Shown: positions 25,503-38,689 of the stretch, in pieces
Layout of the letters: each line of letters opens with the position of its first letter
How positions within the stretch are numbered: the stretch's first letter is position 1
Assembly: GCA_030770535.1 (NCBI GenBank)
Contig: JASVEC010000011.1
Coordinates: forward strand, 682,001-746,000
DNA: 64,000 bases
Source: Batkoa obscura
Taxonomy: Eukaryota
Direction: 5' to 3'
Translations under genes and position numbers: made by a program
Notes under the pieces: model-generated
What the model saw: only the letters and a program-made list of their open reading frames with translations
Database searches by the model: none
What the model was told of the DNA's origin: nothing

Positions 25503-27528
25503 AATTAATTTAATAATTACCTTTACAAGTAGAACCATGTCGATTTAAACCCCAAATACTATTTTCACAATAATCACAAGTAGTTGGTATTGTAAATGAA
25601 GTAGTTTTAAAATCATGTTTAATACCATTTAAATTATATTGTCCAATATTATTTAATATTAATTGATTTTCAGTTAATGAAGTCAATTCTTGATTTTTTA
25701 ATAAAACTAACTCTCGCCAAGCTTCAGATAATTTCTATTAATAATTTGAATTATTAATAGAATCAATATATTATTCGATATTAAATACAATATAATATTT
25801 TTAGAATTACCTCATATATTTGTTCCCCATTATTTTCTAAGCTTGGATTAAGATCAAATTGTGAATATTCTAGTTTTAATTGTTCAACTTCTTCTTGTTT
25901 TTGTAATATCTGATTTTTCATTTCATTTAATTCCATTTGATTCTTATTCATTTTATTAAATAAATAAACTTTACTAGAATATTCATCAATTAATTGATTC
26001 TAAATAAATAATTATATAAGTATAGAATTATTATATATTATTAACAACTTACATCCTCCGCAAATTGTCCAAAGCTAGTAAATTGAAAATCACCTGGTGG
26101 AGCCCAATTGGATGGATTATTATTTATAAATGATTTTGATTCTAATTTTTTATCTACTTTATTAACAGATAATTTTAAATTATCTAAATTTAATTTAGAA
26201 TCATTAAAACAATTGGATTCTAATTGAATATAATGAAACCAAAAAGATTTTATATGTTCCATCCAATATTCATTTAATGTTTGATAAAACTAAGAGTAAT
26301 ATTAATATTAATACTCATTAATATATTATTTATATTATTTATATTTACATTTGACTTACATTTAATAATTCTGGTACATCCATAGTATAATGTTTATTTT
26401 TATGTTGATTAGCTACTTCAACTGCTAATATATATAAATTCTAAAATAAAAACATTATCATTATCATTAATTCAATAAATAAATAAAATTCAAACTTACT
26501 TTATTATTATTTCTATCAATAACATCTTGATAATATTGTTTTTGTAACTAATTAAATTGATGAAAACAAATATAAATATAAATATTATTAACATTATTTA
26601 GTTTACCTTATCTAATACTTTAGTTTCCATTGTTTTTTCTTGTTTAGTTTGACTAGTTATTACTTCATTACAACTTTCATCATATTTTGATTTTAACTAA
26701 ATTAAATTAAAATAGAAAAATCATTTCTCAACTATTATAATTATATATTATAGTTTAATTTACTTTATCTTTTTCATTATAAATTTTATCTCTTTCGTCT
26801 GTAATTTTCTTACTAAAATTAAATAACTAATAAAAAAGAAAGTATAGATATTAATTAATATTAATTCTTATCCCTATTATATAAAAAACAATAATAAACA
26901 ACAATGAAAACTTACTTTTTTCCTTTCTTCTTCCACTTTATTAGCTAACATTTTCAATGGATCTGCAATATCAGTAACTAAATATTCTGACAAAACTGCT
27001 CTTTCTCCTGCTATTTTTTCAGTATCCGAAAATAAATTATTTAACCCTTGTAATAAAGTACTATAATAATAATAATAATAATAATAATTAAAACATTATT
27101 ACATTTCATTATTTCATTATTTCATTATTTTATTATTATTATTTGACATTACCTATTTTCATCTAACATCATACCACCTTCATTTCCCTTCACACCACTA
27201 ATAGTACCACTTAAACTTATTGCATCAAAGGAGCCTCCACCTCCACCATGACTTGGTGCAAATGGATCTCGATTGATATTAGATAAATTAAATATCTTTT
27301 TATTACGATATTTTCTTATTAAATTTTCTAATTTATTAGAATACTCTTTTTCTAATTGACTTTTTTCTTTAATATATTCTCGAAATTCTAATAAAAATTG
27401 AGAAGCTTGAACTAATTGTTTGTTTACTAAAGGAAGTTGACTTTTCTATATAAAGGAGCTTAGTATATAAGGGTGATAAATGGAGGGAACATAGAACTTA
27501 CTGTTAAATGTTCACCATAAGTAGTCAT
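24522..27528 (-). CDS. BZZ1: Bzz1-type F-BAR + C1 + 2xSH3 endocytic protein, many exons
   Basis: F-BAR start (FREYIKEKSQLEKEYS), C1 finger HDFKTTSFTIPTTCDYC...C..C...CH..C...C, SH3 motifs LYSYEA..DNELSI, DGSGW, GQFPSNYVE. Confidence 0.9.
25441..25499 (+). repeat. (ATT)n microsatellite inside a BZZ1 intron
   Basis: About 19 perfect units. Confidence 0.95.
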
Positions 27529-27682
27529 CTTTTGAATGTTATTTTATAATAATTGATTATAAAGCTTAGAGATTTATATTTGTTTATTTATTTTAATGTT
27601 GGTTTTAAAATAAAACGTTTTAGAACGTTTGATTGGTTTATTGATTAGTTTGATGACTTAATTTTAGATTAAGTTTAATAAA

Positions 27683-27748
27683 GAATAACAGTAATAAAAA
27701 ATAACAGTAATAAAAAATAACAGTAGTAAAAAATAACAGTAATAAAAA
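27683..27748 (+). repeat. 16-bp tandem repeat AATAACAGTAATAAAA x4
   Basis: Direct reading; one unit has a substitution. Confidence 0.9.
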
Positions 27749-28040
27749 TGATTCAATTATTGTTAATAATGAAAATTTTCAATATAATAATAATATAAGT
27801 AAGTTAAAAATATCAATTTATCAGGAATATATTATTTCTATTTATCGAAGTAATAAGCTATTGAATTATTTTATTATCAACTAAAAGTTCAATATGAGGC
27901 ATAAATTTTACTTATAATAAATAAGGGATTGATTTTGATATTAAAAATACTCCGTCAATTTAATAAAAAGCTAATTTTACAAATTTTATCCGAACTTTCA
28001 TTTGTTTTATCTCTCATTCCATTTTCAAATCATAAAATAA

Positions 28041-28907
28041 ATGTCAATAGAACTACAAGAGATCACCATTAATACAGATGAACAATCTTCTAATACAATA
28101 CTTGATGCAATAACAACAAATTCAAGTTCAAATCTTAATACATTACCCACTTATCATGAGTCTTTATCTTCTAATAATAATTTAAATACTATATCATTAA
28201 GAGATACAGCTCCAATTATAATAATACATCAATTAAATCATACTGATATTTCATTAAATAGTAATATTTTATTTATAATATTAATGATAATATTAACATT
28301 AATAATTTATATTAACTATCAATAGCATTTCAATCTAATCAAAATGAAAAGTAATTTTTCAATCTATTTTATTAATTTTATTACTCATTATTAACTCTCT
28401 CTTTAAGTTCTATTACTAGTCCCTCTTACCCACCAACAGTAATGCCCATCAATCCCTCATCCTCACCTTCTCTTTCTTCGGATCCCTATATCACTGAAAT
28501 TGTATATGAAATTGAACCTGCCCCAGCAAATGAAACACTTTGCTCAATACCAGCAATATTATTTTTATTGGGTTGTATCTTCCCACCTTTTTGGTTAATA
28601 GGAACAGGATTCTTAGTTAAATCCGAACCCGAATCCTTAGCTAGAGCTTATGCAATTATTTGTTTATTTTTAAGTTTTATATTTTTGAGTTTTTTTATTA
28701 CTATATTAGTTAAGTAAGTGAATGAAATCTAGTTTATATTGTTTTTTAATAAATGAAATACTAATGATTTTTCTTACTATAGTGCCCTTTTAAATCCGGA
28801 AAAGGTAAGTAGATAAAGTTATTTTGGAGATCTGATTTTTTGATTATAATTATTAATTAATTATTTAGTCCGCTGTATTTTTAAAAGATTTGATTACTTG
28901 GCAATAA
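28041..28907 (+). CDS. Small membrane protein with two C-terminal TM helices, 5 exons including micro-exons
   Basis: LPTY/PSY motifs, LFLLGCIFPPFWLIG and a second hydrophobic helix; GT-AG introns keep the frame to TAA at 28907. Confidence 0.65.
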
Positions 28908-29571
28908 GGGGTAATCGAAATATTGGAAATAATATCAAAGTAAGGAGAAAGATAAAATTAAGTACTTTATAAAATTTTGAAAAGGTAAATCAAAGATTTA
29001 AGTTTTTGTTTTTTATTAATTTGCTCGTTTATTATTTAGTAAGTGGCGTTTCTATAAGATTTAATTCTCTGGTAGTAAATGTAAAAATTAAAAGTAGAAA
29101 CACATCAGATAAAGATTGGGTTCTTTCTTGCAATTGAATTGTAAATAATCATTAAATAAAGAAAAAGTATATAATTTAAAATGAATATTATTATTATTAT
29201 TATTATTATATAAAGTTAAAAGCATAATTAAATTTCATAAAAATCAATTATAGCTTACTTCCAACTTTTTGGAAATTAAATATAAAATAAAAAAAGTATT
29301 CTGTAAAATAAATTAATATTACCTTAATTATTAAATTCCCAAATCCCATTGAAGAATAATTAAAAAAAGCGAAATGTGCCTAATTCCATTTGATTGATTT
29401 TATAAAAATAGCCCCTTTATTGAATATATATATAATTTATAAGAAAAAAGGTAGTGTCATATGAAAAACGATGCGAAGATAAAATTGAATATTGTAACTA
29501 TTACTATTTAACTAGTTCAATAACATAAGATTCTAAAAGTTCAACCAACATAGTGTTATTATCTACCCTAT

Positions 29572-30162
29572 TTAAGCTACCTGTGTATTAACCCTTTTCT
29601 TTTTATAATCACTGATAGCAGATTTAATAGCGTCTTCAGCAAGCACTAAAAAAACAATATTAGTACCTTCTCTCATTTAATTCAAATTCAAATTCAAATT
29701 TACTTACTAGAACAATGCAATTTAACAGGAGGTAACGACAATTCCTTAGCAATATGTGTATTTTTAATAGCAGAAGCTTCATCTAAAGTCATACCTTGAA
29801 CCATTTCGGTCATAAAACTAGAAGATGCAATAGCCGAGCCACAACCAAATGTTTTAAATTTAGCTTCAATGATTTTACCACTGGATTCATCCACTCGGAT
29901 TTGAAGCTTCATAACATCACCACAGGCGGGTGCCCCGACTAAACCAGTTCCAACATCAATATCATTTTTGTTTAAGGAACCAACATTGCGTGGACGTTCG
30001 TAATGGTCAATGACCTAGATAAGAGATGATGGGTAAGATGAGGCGATTATTCAATATATATATATTATAAGTTACCTTTTCATGATAAAACCTTTGGGTT
30101 AAGATTTTAGATGTAAATTTTGGTTTTAATAAATGAGTTTGGGATTTTAATAAAGTAAACAT
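29572..30162 (-). CDS. ISU1: Mitochondrial Fe-S cluster scaffold IscU
   Basis: Presequence, YHEKVIDHYERPRNVG, GAPACGDVM, KTFGCGSAIAS, LPPVKLHCSMLAEDA; 2 introns. Confidence 0.97.
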
Positions 30163-31382
30163 CTTTTTTTGAATAATATATTTGTTTGTTATAAAAAATG
30201 TAAAGCTTTGAAATTTTCCATTCTTTTTACTTTATATCTTAAACATGGTGAACAATAAGGTCATCTTTGATTGGTTGTTACTCATACTAAGTAGCGCATT
30301 TTTATTTTGCGAAATCGAGGATTGAAATAATATTTATACTAATTATATGTAATAGATTAAAAATGATTGGTTAATATGAAATTGTTTAGCTTAAAGTTTA
30401 TCAGTTTTTGTAAGGAATAAAAATCATAATTTTATTTAGTCCAATTAAAAATTTTAAATTATTTAAAAACTGATGTGATAAAAAAAGAAATATTTCAATT
30501 CCAATGATTAGTGATAAGATAGTAAAATAGTTATATTAATATTTTTTTCGTTTAAGAGATGAAGTGTTTTTATCTCTTTTTATATATTACTTTTGAACTA
30601 TTAAAATAGAATTGAGATCAATAACGCATGTATTTTTATTAAATGTTAATTCCATTTTTAACAACTTTAAAAATAATTCCAATTAATTCAATCAAATGCA
30701 AAAAAATGAGTTTTTTATAAGATTATCTGATTAATGAAATCAGATTACAATCAATAATGGAATTAATTTTCTAATTAGTAATCCAATATTTTGATAGGTT
30801 AATTGAATTAAATTTATTCTTTAAAAGAAATTAGAATAAAAATTTTTGATGAAGTTAAATTTTAAAAAAAATACTAGTGTTTTTTTTTCATGTCTGTCCT
30901 ATTAGTCATAATTTCGTATTATCGAACTTTTATCTTGGAAAGTTACTTTAAGATCAAGTTGTTTTAATTGAATTGATAATGATTGAGTTTTAACAAAATT
31001 TAAAGTATATTTTAGTGTTAAGGTTACAGTTAAGGTTATATCTTATAAAAATATCTTTATTAAAGCTATAAAGAGCAATTTGTTAACCCTAAACTAAACC
31101 ATTAACTAAATAAATCACAATAGACTTAGCCCAAAATGTAACTTTTTGTTAAATAAAATTTCAATAAACCCAAATTTAGATTGCTAAGGCATCACCATCT
31201 GATATAGAGATATAAAGTAAAGAGCAACGAAGTCTGATGAATATGAAGCTTTCATATATAATAATTTGTATTAAATCCTATTTTATGGATACGTTGATCA
31301 AATTATTTATAGCTGTATTGTATAAAATAATAAGAAGATAATATTTGGAAATGTATTTTTTTTGTTCAAGGGTTTAACTGAT

Positions 31383-31489
31383 ATATGGGGATGTATTTTT
31401 TTGTTTAAGAATTTTGCTAACAATCTTTCCTCTCAAATAGCGCTTAAAAAATGGAAAAAATAATGAAACCAAAAAAAACACCCCCATAT
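31383..31489 (+). mobile_element. MITE copy 8
   Basis: Family consensus; shares its right ATAT with copy 9. Confidence 0.92.
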
Positions 31490-31589
31490 GGGGATGTATT
31501 TTTGTATTTAAGAATTTTACTAACAATTTTTTCACTCAAATAGCGCTTAAAAGATGAAAAAAGTGATGAAGCTAAAAAACACCCCATAT
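31486..31589 (+). mobile_element. MITE copy 9 (tandem to copy 8)
   Basis: Junction CCCCC-ATAT-GGGG. Confidence 0.92.
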
Positions 31590-33141
31590 TATCTAGCTTT
31601 TTGACTGCATAAAAAATGGACAGATAAATAAAAGTAAATTTTATTACATTTATAATAATAATGATAATAATATATTTTAAAATGCAAAGTCTTTAAGTGT
31701 TTTTATTATAAAAACAAAAATGTATAAAAGTGAAAGGGTAATAGATTATAGATAAATGCATGTTAAACATAGAGTGAAGATATTGCATTTTAGAAAGCAG
31801 CTGAATTTAATAACAATAACCTTGGATAAAGTAAGCTTAATTTAAAAGGTTGGTACTTTGTTTTATATAAATTTAACTAGATATGGTACAGAAAGGTTAT
31901 AGTAGAAACTAAAGCTGAGACATTGTTAACCGGTAACTTGATATGACAGAAATGGATTAATTAGAGACTAGTTGAGTATATAAAAGCCTAGGGAGACATC
32001 AAAAATAGAAATAAGCTTGGGTTAGTTGTAAAGTTTTTAAATTTTAAATAACTTGGAAAATGAATAGGATATTAAATAAAATATATTAATGTTAAGTTTA
32101 TTTATAGTATAATAAAATCAAAAACCAAAAAAATATAATACAAAGCATAGATATATTTTAAAAATACTTTTTTATTAATTGAAAATTAAAATCTTGATCT
32201 TAGTTTTAATACTTTTCTATTTTAAAGTAAAAACGATGTAAAAATGTTCCTGTTTTCTATTTTGTTCATTTTTGCTGAAATTCAAATTTAAATATTTTTT
32301 GTTCTTAATTCTAAGAAACGTTACAACATAAACTTATTTAAAAAGCCCCTTCTTTTATCTAGATTAGTGTGACGTTATGATTACTTAAAGGAGAAGTGAA
32401 TCGAAATGGTTAAGAAAAAGGGATAATGATGTTGGAATAAATCAACTTGTTCTTCTAATAATGTCAAAATGATGTTAAAACTTGGCTATAAAAAAGCTCA
32501 AATGACTTCTTTTTTCATTATTGATACCTTAAATTATGTATGCTATCAAATGAATTTTTTAGCTACACTTCTTAGCTTAAGTACTATCACATATTAACTC
32601 CCAACGATGACTTTGATAGATATGAATATTAAATTTAGATTGTAGTTTAAGTACTAATATTTAAATAGATCTTTATTATGATTAGCTCCCGCTGAAGTTG
32701 GGGATTGTGGGAATACATATACGTATGTAGTTGCCTCTAGAAGCTGTGTTGAGATTCCTTACGATTTCCTATTTTGTGGACTATTTTATACTATGAGTGA
32801 GTGTGAGAGCTGCTATGATTGAATTAGATTAAATTTTATAGTAAAGAGTATAATTCTATATGAATCAATTGGATTATTATATTATTAATATTTAATAAAG
32901 CATGCTTAAGTAAATCTAGTAGTTTACTTTATATGCCATATTTTGTTATACAAAACTATTAAATTGATAAAAAAGTCCATAGATTAAAAATTAAACTTTA
33001 ATTAAAACTATTATTTATCTTATTAATTTAAAACAAAAAAATAAATTCCACTCAATAATATCCATTATCAAGTTGACATAAAAAAACCATTGGTTACTAT
33101 TAAAACATTTCTTATAAGCATCGATCAAATATAATAATACA

Positions 33142-34507
33142 TTAAAATGGCAAACCCCCTTGAGAAGAACCACTATGGCCTCTTCTATGATTAGCCCTAG
33201 CACGAACATTAGGTGATCGACTTCTTTCTATGTTGTGGGTGCTTGTTCTCCTTGAAGTTCTAAAAGATTCACGTTCTGGACCATCAGGTACAAGGGTACG
33301 GGAAGTCGGATAAACTCTATCTCTTGGATTATAATAAGGAGATTGAAGATGTGAAGGATGTCTAGGAGCGGATAAATTATTTACTCCTGATATAAAACTT
33401 AAAGAAGGACGTCTAGAAGATACTGGGTTTGTTGATGGTGCTAATGTATTGAAAAGTGGATGTTGTGGGTTAGAAGCTCGTGAAAAGGCTAATTCTGGAT
33501 TAGTTGAGGCTTCACTCGATTGATTGATATAATCTATACCAGCTCGATAATTCAAAAAAGGGTTTTGTATATTGGATGGTCGTCTTGATGTTGTATTTAT
33601 AGTTTCTCCATTCATGCCTAAACCATGTCGAAAAAATGATATACGTCTTGCTACCGCTAACTGATGTTGAAATGCACTTACATGGGGTAAGGAACTACGT
33701 CTGTTAAGTAAGTGTGGGGGAAGTGATTCTGAGTTAGTTGTTTGATTATTTGTTTCATTTGAAAATACTGGATTATTTGAATTAAAAGGTGAGATACTAT
33801 TAGCTCCATTAGTATTTTGCTCAATTGATTCTGGTGGGTTATTATTATAATAACTTTGAGGCAAAAAGAGATGAGCATTTCCTAATCCTTCTTGCTCAGG
33901 ATTTGAATGTTGATTATTTAGTGTTTCATTAAGTAGTGCACGATCATGTAATGTTTGGTTACTCATAGATTGTGTAAGTAAAGCATGATTTCTTGAATGT
34001 ATTGCTCTTAAGAAATTATCTTCAAAAACGGGCCGTCTTTCTCCGTCTGGAAAATAAGCCATTCTTGATCTCCGTCTTCTAAAAGGATTTGGTTCCTCTA
34101 CAGTTTGATTATAGGCATTAAATAATGAATCAGTTCTTTCTTCATCTCTATTTACATTATTTATTGTCAAATCTTCAGGATGATCTATTTCATCTTCAAC
34201 AATATCAGAGCATTCCGCTTCCATATTTTTTCTTATTTTATAACTCTAGCAACTGATTTAACTTTAGTATAATAATAATAATAAATTTACCTTCATAACA
34301 TAATTAAATAAGTTTGTGGTAGCAACATCCGTTTCACGAAAGTTATCAACAAACTCCTCAAAACTCATAGAAACATCCTAATCAAATTTAAAACTAAATA
34401 GAGAAATAGGAAATTAAACTTACATGGTCCGCTTTTGAATTTTCAAATAACAATCTCAGCTTTTCAATTAATTTTTGCTCTGCACTTAATTCAATACTTT
34501 TTCCCAT
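33142..34507 (-). CDS. Hypothetical, largely disordered Ser/Asn/Arg-rich protein, 3 exons
   Basis: Upstream exons MGKSIELSAEQKLIEKL... and DVSMSFEEFVDNF... splice into the 360-aa ORF. Confidence 0.7.
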
Positions 34508-35595
34508 TCTGAATTATTTTTTTAATTTAACAAGAATAAATAATTTAATTTTTTATTTCTTTCTTCCTCAATCATTTTAACTTGAATATTTGCTAAACAT
34601 ATTCTAGAATACAAGTTATTTTATTGGATCAAATTTAATAATCATTTTTAATTGGTTGCGATCACCTCTAAGAATGGCTACTATTTTATTGATTGGATTA
34701 ACCCACCCAACTTAACTTTTTAAGTGCATCTTCCATACGCTCAATAGATAGCCCCTCAGTCAATCTGCTAATAAGATAATTATTTTATAACAAATTAAAT
34801 AAAATGGAGAAATTAAATAAATAGGAACACTATAGTTTGACTTTGCTTAATTTGACTCACATTAAAAGCTTTATTAATGTACTTTAATATTTATTCTATT
34901 TTTTATAAGATTTGTAGTATATAAGACATTAAAATGTTATTAAATTAATAGAATTATGATTACTGAATTTATGCTTTGTTTTGATATTTGTAGCAAGTGT
35001 ATCATTTTAAACCCAAAAATTTGTTTTGAAAACTTGAAATTTAATTAAACTGAAATGAAATTTAATATAAGTAGAAATCTATTGACTAAATATATGCATT
35101 TTAGTTTAATTCAGGTATGGGTAATATGTTATATTATTTTAAATACGATAGTAAAGCTACCAACTTAATTTTTATTTTTAGGAATCTAATAGTAAAGTTT
35201 TATAAATACAAACATTATATAACAATATAAAACATTGTATCGTCCTTATTTGACTTTCTATAACTTAAAAACTTTAAAATAATTCTTGTCTTTAAATATA
35301 AATGCTAATAAACTAATAGCACGATGAGCATAACGCAATTTTCATAGACATAGTAACTAACTAAAGGGGCTTTTCTCTCTTTTCTGATAGCTAGATTATG
35401 ACTCTAATCAGAATTTAGTCAGGGGTTAACAGTGGGTTCTACCACATAGCTTTCTGTTGATGATATTTTCACTTAAAATAGATTTAAAGATAATAAAATG
35501 ATTGGCTTAGAAAAATAACATGAATTTTTCGAAAATAAACTTCAAATATTATTTTTTATAAAATTAATTTTAAAACTTGACATAGAATGAAATAG

Positions 35596-37569
35596 ATGAC
35601 TTTAAAAATAATAGAGATTAATTACAAAAGGATAAATAGGAATACAGTTAAGTATTTATACTTTAATAAATGTAAAAAATTAAGGTATTCCACATTCAAT
35701 AAAACAAATGATGTGCTTGCACCCAACGGAGAGCGAGTTGTGATTTCTAATACAGGTTTACCTGTAAAAGTAGTAAGTTGGTCGGATTCAGAAGCTCAGC
35801 TCCTTGGAATGTATCAAAGACTAAACATATCGATGAAACAGCTATATTTGGAGCTTCCTACTAGAACATCAGATCAAATAAATAAAAGGTATTCGTCATA
35901 CCATCAAATTCCATTTACAACAGACGAACCTAGTTATATGGATCTGCCAAATATAGCCACTAAAAGTCAACGCAAGTTAGTAAATTTAAACAATCAATGG
36001 ATTGATGTAACACCAAGTTTATTACCATCTAAAACAGGAGTATTTTCAGCTAATGAGATTACGTTGATCAATGTCTTAACTACTATTAATGAGAAGATGC
36101 CACATTTAACTCAACTTATGCCAACAAGGAGTTTAATACAATTGGTTTCATACAAAAAACATAATGAAATGACTCGGAAAAAAGAAGGAGTGGGTATTCC
36201 AAATAGGACTTCTATTTATGGGTTTGAGTTACAAACTTCAAAATTAAGTGAAGTTGAAGCCCAGTTATTTAATCTTGGAAGGTCTTATTATAATGATCTC
36301 ACCGAATTAACTCAATTTTTGCCCAATAGATCCCTTTCACAATTAAATAGATTTAAAGATAATGACCATTCAATTTCACGTATCAGCCTCAATCAAAAAA
36401 ATGTAGAAATAAAAAATGACCAGTCAACTAACATAAATGAAGTTCGAATTACATCTCTTGATTTGCCTTGCAAGATAGGACCTTATAGTACAGAAGAAAA
36501 ACTGCTTCTTGATAAATTAAGCCAATTAAATTTCAATTATAATACTATGAGTAAGCACATGGGTACCCGAACCAGAGCTCAACTTGGCAGTTATTTTTTA
36601 AGAATAAAACGTCAAAAAAAGGTAGGCCCTTGGAATTTAGATGAAATTGAACGTTTTAATAAGTCAATCAAGACCAATTTCCCAAATATAAATGAAATTA
36701 TTAAGTCAAATGATGTACATTTGGCAAGTACTATTTGGCCGAGATTGGCCATCGATGTTGGTACGCGTACACCTTCTCAATGTCGTTATCGCTGGTTTGT
36801 TGTTTCAGATCCTTCAATTGTCAAGTATAAATCATTTACGGAAGATGAGGATAGAATTATATTGAGTATGAATAAAAGGGTACCAAGTCTACCAGAAATA
36901 GCACTCAGTCTGCCTCATCGATCTTATTCTCAGGTTAAAACAAGAATTAATTCATTGTCAGCAAAAAGACGAAAAAAATGGAGTGAACAAGAAATTGAGT
37001 TATTGTTAAAAGGGATCGAACTTTATGGATTAAGTGAGTGGAAGAAAGTCAGCGAATATGTTGATACTCGGAATCAAAGTCAATGTCAACATAAGTATAT
37101 AGTTAATCGTTATTCAATTGACTATTACTTTAAAAAGTTCCGAAATGTCACTAAAGAGGATAGTGATCTAATTAATAAACTAGAAAAGTATTTTCCGCAG
37201 CAGCCATTGACTATCTCATTATTAGTGCCAGGTTACACATTGAATCAAATCAAGTACACTTTACTAACACATAAATTAAAAAATAAAACTCAATTATATG
37301 CGCTTAATCGACGTTGGACTCCAGATGAGTACTCAACGTTATATGATATGTTTTTAGCATATGGCGCAGATTGGGAAAAGATTGCTTCTTGTTTACCAGA
37401 TGATATAACACCTATACATTGTAAATATAAATTGCAAGTTACAACATCAAGTAGGAAATGTATTAAGCCGCACATAATGTTAGTAAGGGAAGCGTTACGT
37501 TTAAAATATAACGAAGAAAAAGAAAACGGTAAGTTTATGCCTAAAGAAAGGGTTTATTATCGTGGTTAA
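35596..37569 (+). CDS. Myb/SANT multi-repeat protein (657 aa), intronless
   Basis: W/F-S..E...L...(LP/G)TR(S/T)..Q repeats, e.g. KKWSEQEIELL...WKKVSEYVDTRNQSQC. Confidence 0.85.
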   Translation: MTLKIIEINYKRINRNTVKYLYFNKCKKLRYSTFNKTNDVLAPNGERVVISNTGLPVKVVSWSDSEAQLLGMYQRLNISMKQLYLELPTRTSDQINKRYSSYHQIPFTTDEPSYMDLPNIATKSQRKLVNLNNQWIDVTPSLLPSKTGVFSANEITLINVLTTINEKMPHLTQLMPTRSLIQLVSYKKHNEMTRKKEGVGIPNRTSIYGFELQTSKLSEVEAQLFNLGRSYYNDLTELTQFLPNRSLSQLNRFKDNDHSISRISLNQKNVEIKNDQSTNINEVRITSLDLPCKIGPYSTEEKLLLDKLSQLNFNYNTMSKHMGTRTRAQLGSYFLRIKRQKKVGPWNLDEIERFNKSIKTNFPNINEIIKSNDVHLASTIWPRLAIDVGTRTPSQCRYRWFVVSDPSIVKYKSFTEDEDRIILSMNKRVPSLPEIALSLPHRSYSQVKTRINSLSAKRRKKWSEQEIELLLKGIELYGLSEWKKVSEYVDTRNQSQCQHKYIVNRYSIDYYFKKFRNVTKEDSDLINKLEKYFPQQPLTISLLVPGYTLNQIKYTLLTHKLKNKTQLYALNRRWTPDEYSTLYDMFLAYGADWEKIASCLPDDITPIHCKYKLQVTTSSRKCIKPHIMLVREALRLKYNEEKENGKFMPKERVYYRG

Positions 37570-37752
37570 AAAGTTGAATAAAAAAGTTATAAAACAATTT
37601 AACTTATTGTCTTATAATTATTGAACTATGTTAAAATTAATATTTCAAATCCTTATTTTAATTAAAAAAATTAAATAACAATATAAAATAAAATCCACTT
37701 TGGTAGCGCTATATTTAATTAAATATTATATTGTTAGAGCATTGCCAATAAT

Positions 37753-38437
37753 TCAGAGTTGATCTAAAAAAGAAAAGCTCAACTATTACTTTTATTCTAT
37801 TTTTTTACAACCATATATTTACTCAAACCAGGTGCTATAAAAACTTAAAAGTCAGATAAAATACCGTTTTCCAACTCAATGCTTTGACCTTCAAAAGTTA
37901 ATCTGCTTTCAGCTTCTTCCAAGTTTTCCTCATTGTTTCCTTCTTCTTCTTCTTCCTCACCAGTTTCAAGCTGTAATTTTTCTACAATCACCTGTAATAA
38001 CCTTTGTTGTTCTTCCTCATTAAATCTTTCTTCGAAATCTTCAACAAGCTTTTTAATTTATTTTTTAAACGAAAGTAATAAAAATTAATAATGTGCTTAC
38101 CACAACAAGTTGTACCAATTCGCTTGGTGCAACATTTAAAATCTGAAGTTTTTCAGCTTTGGTTAACTGAAACTCGGTTAAAGCAGATAACAAATCATGA
38201 ACTTTTTCCGCGCTTTGACTCCCACTACTCAACTCTGATAAATATTTTTTTACCTAAAAATAACATTAACACTTTAATTTTTCATTTCATGCTATCAATT
38301 ACTTCAAACTGAATAGTTGACACATTTTCACCCTTTTTGACCTTTTTTAATTGTTTGGTTAAAGCGCCTGTTTCTTCGATTATTGTTAACACTTCATAGT
38401 TTGATAGCATCGCTTCATGTTCATTTACTACTTCCAT
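37753..38437 (-). CDS. RPC17: RNA polymerase III subunit RPC17/RPC9 (Rpb4 family); 3' end uncertain
   Basis: MEVVNEHEAMLSNYEVL, LTKAEKLQILN..P, LVEDFEERF; absent from the ORF track because it is spliced. Confidence 0.88.
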
Positions 38438-38637
38438 GTGTAAAATAAAGTTGAGAAAATGGATTGAACTTTTAACTTACAAATAGTTTATTCCATCTTA
38501 AATAAATTATAAAATATTTTTGAAATAGTAAAAAATGCTAACAAATGGTGTAAATTAGGAAATAATATAAGCATAAAAAATACGATCACTTTTTGTTTTC
38601 TTTGTTTTTTTCATATATAATACAAGATATTATGATG

Positions 38638-38689
38638 CAATATAATGTAATATAATATAATATAATATAATATAATATAATATAATATA
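38638..38689 (+). repeat. (TATAA)n repeat
   Basis: Direct reading; about 100 bp upstream of the tRNA. Confidence 0.85.

Noticed and set aside
31081..31100. TAACCCTAA as a telomere seed or telomerase RNA template
   Set aside because: Single 9-mer expected by chance; no supporting structure seen
31914..31965. GCTGAGA...ACCGGTAACTTGAT resembles the 5' core of a TPP riboswitch
   Set aside because: The P5 arm and GCG-AAG closing motifs are missing, and no thiamine gene or host intron is nearby
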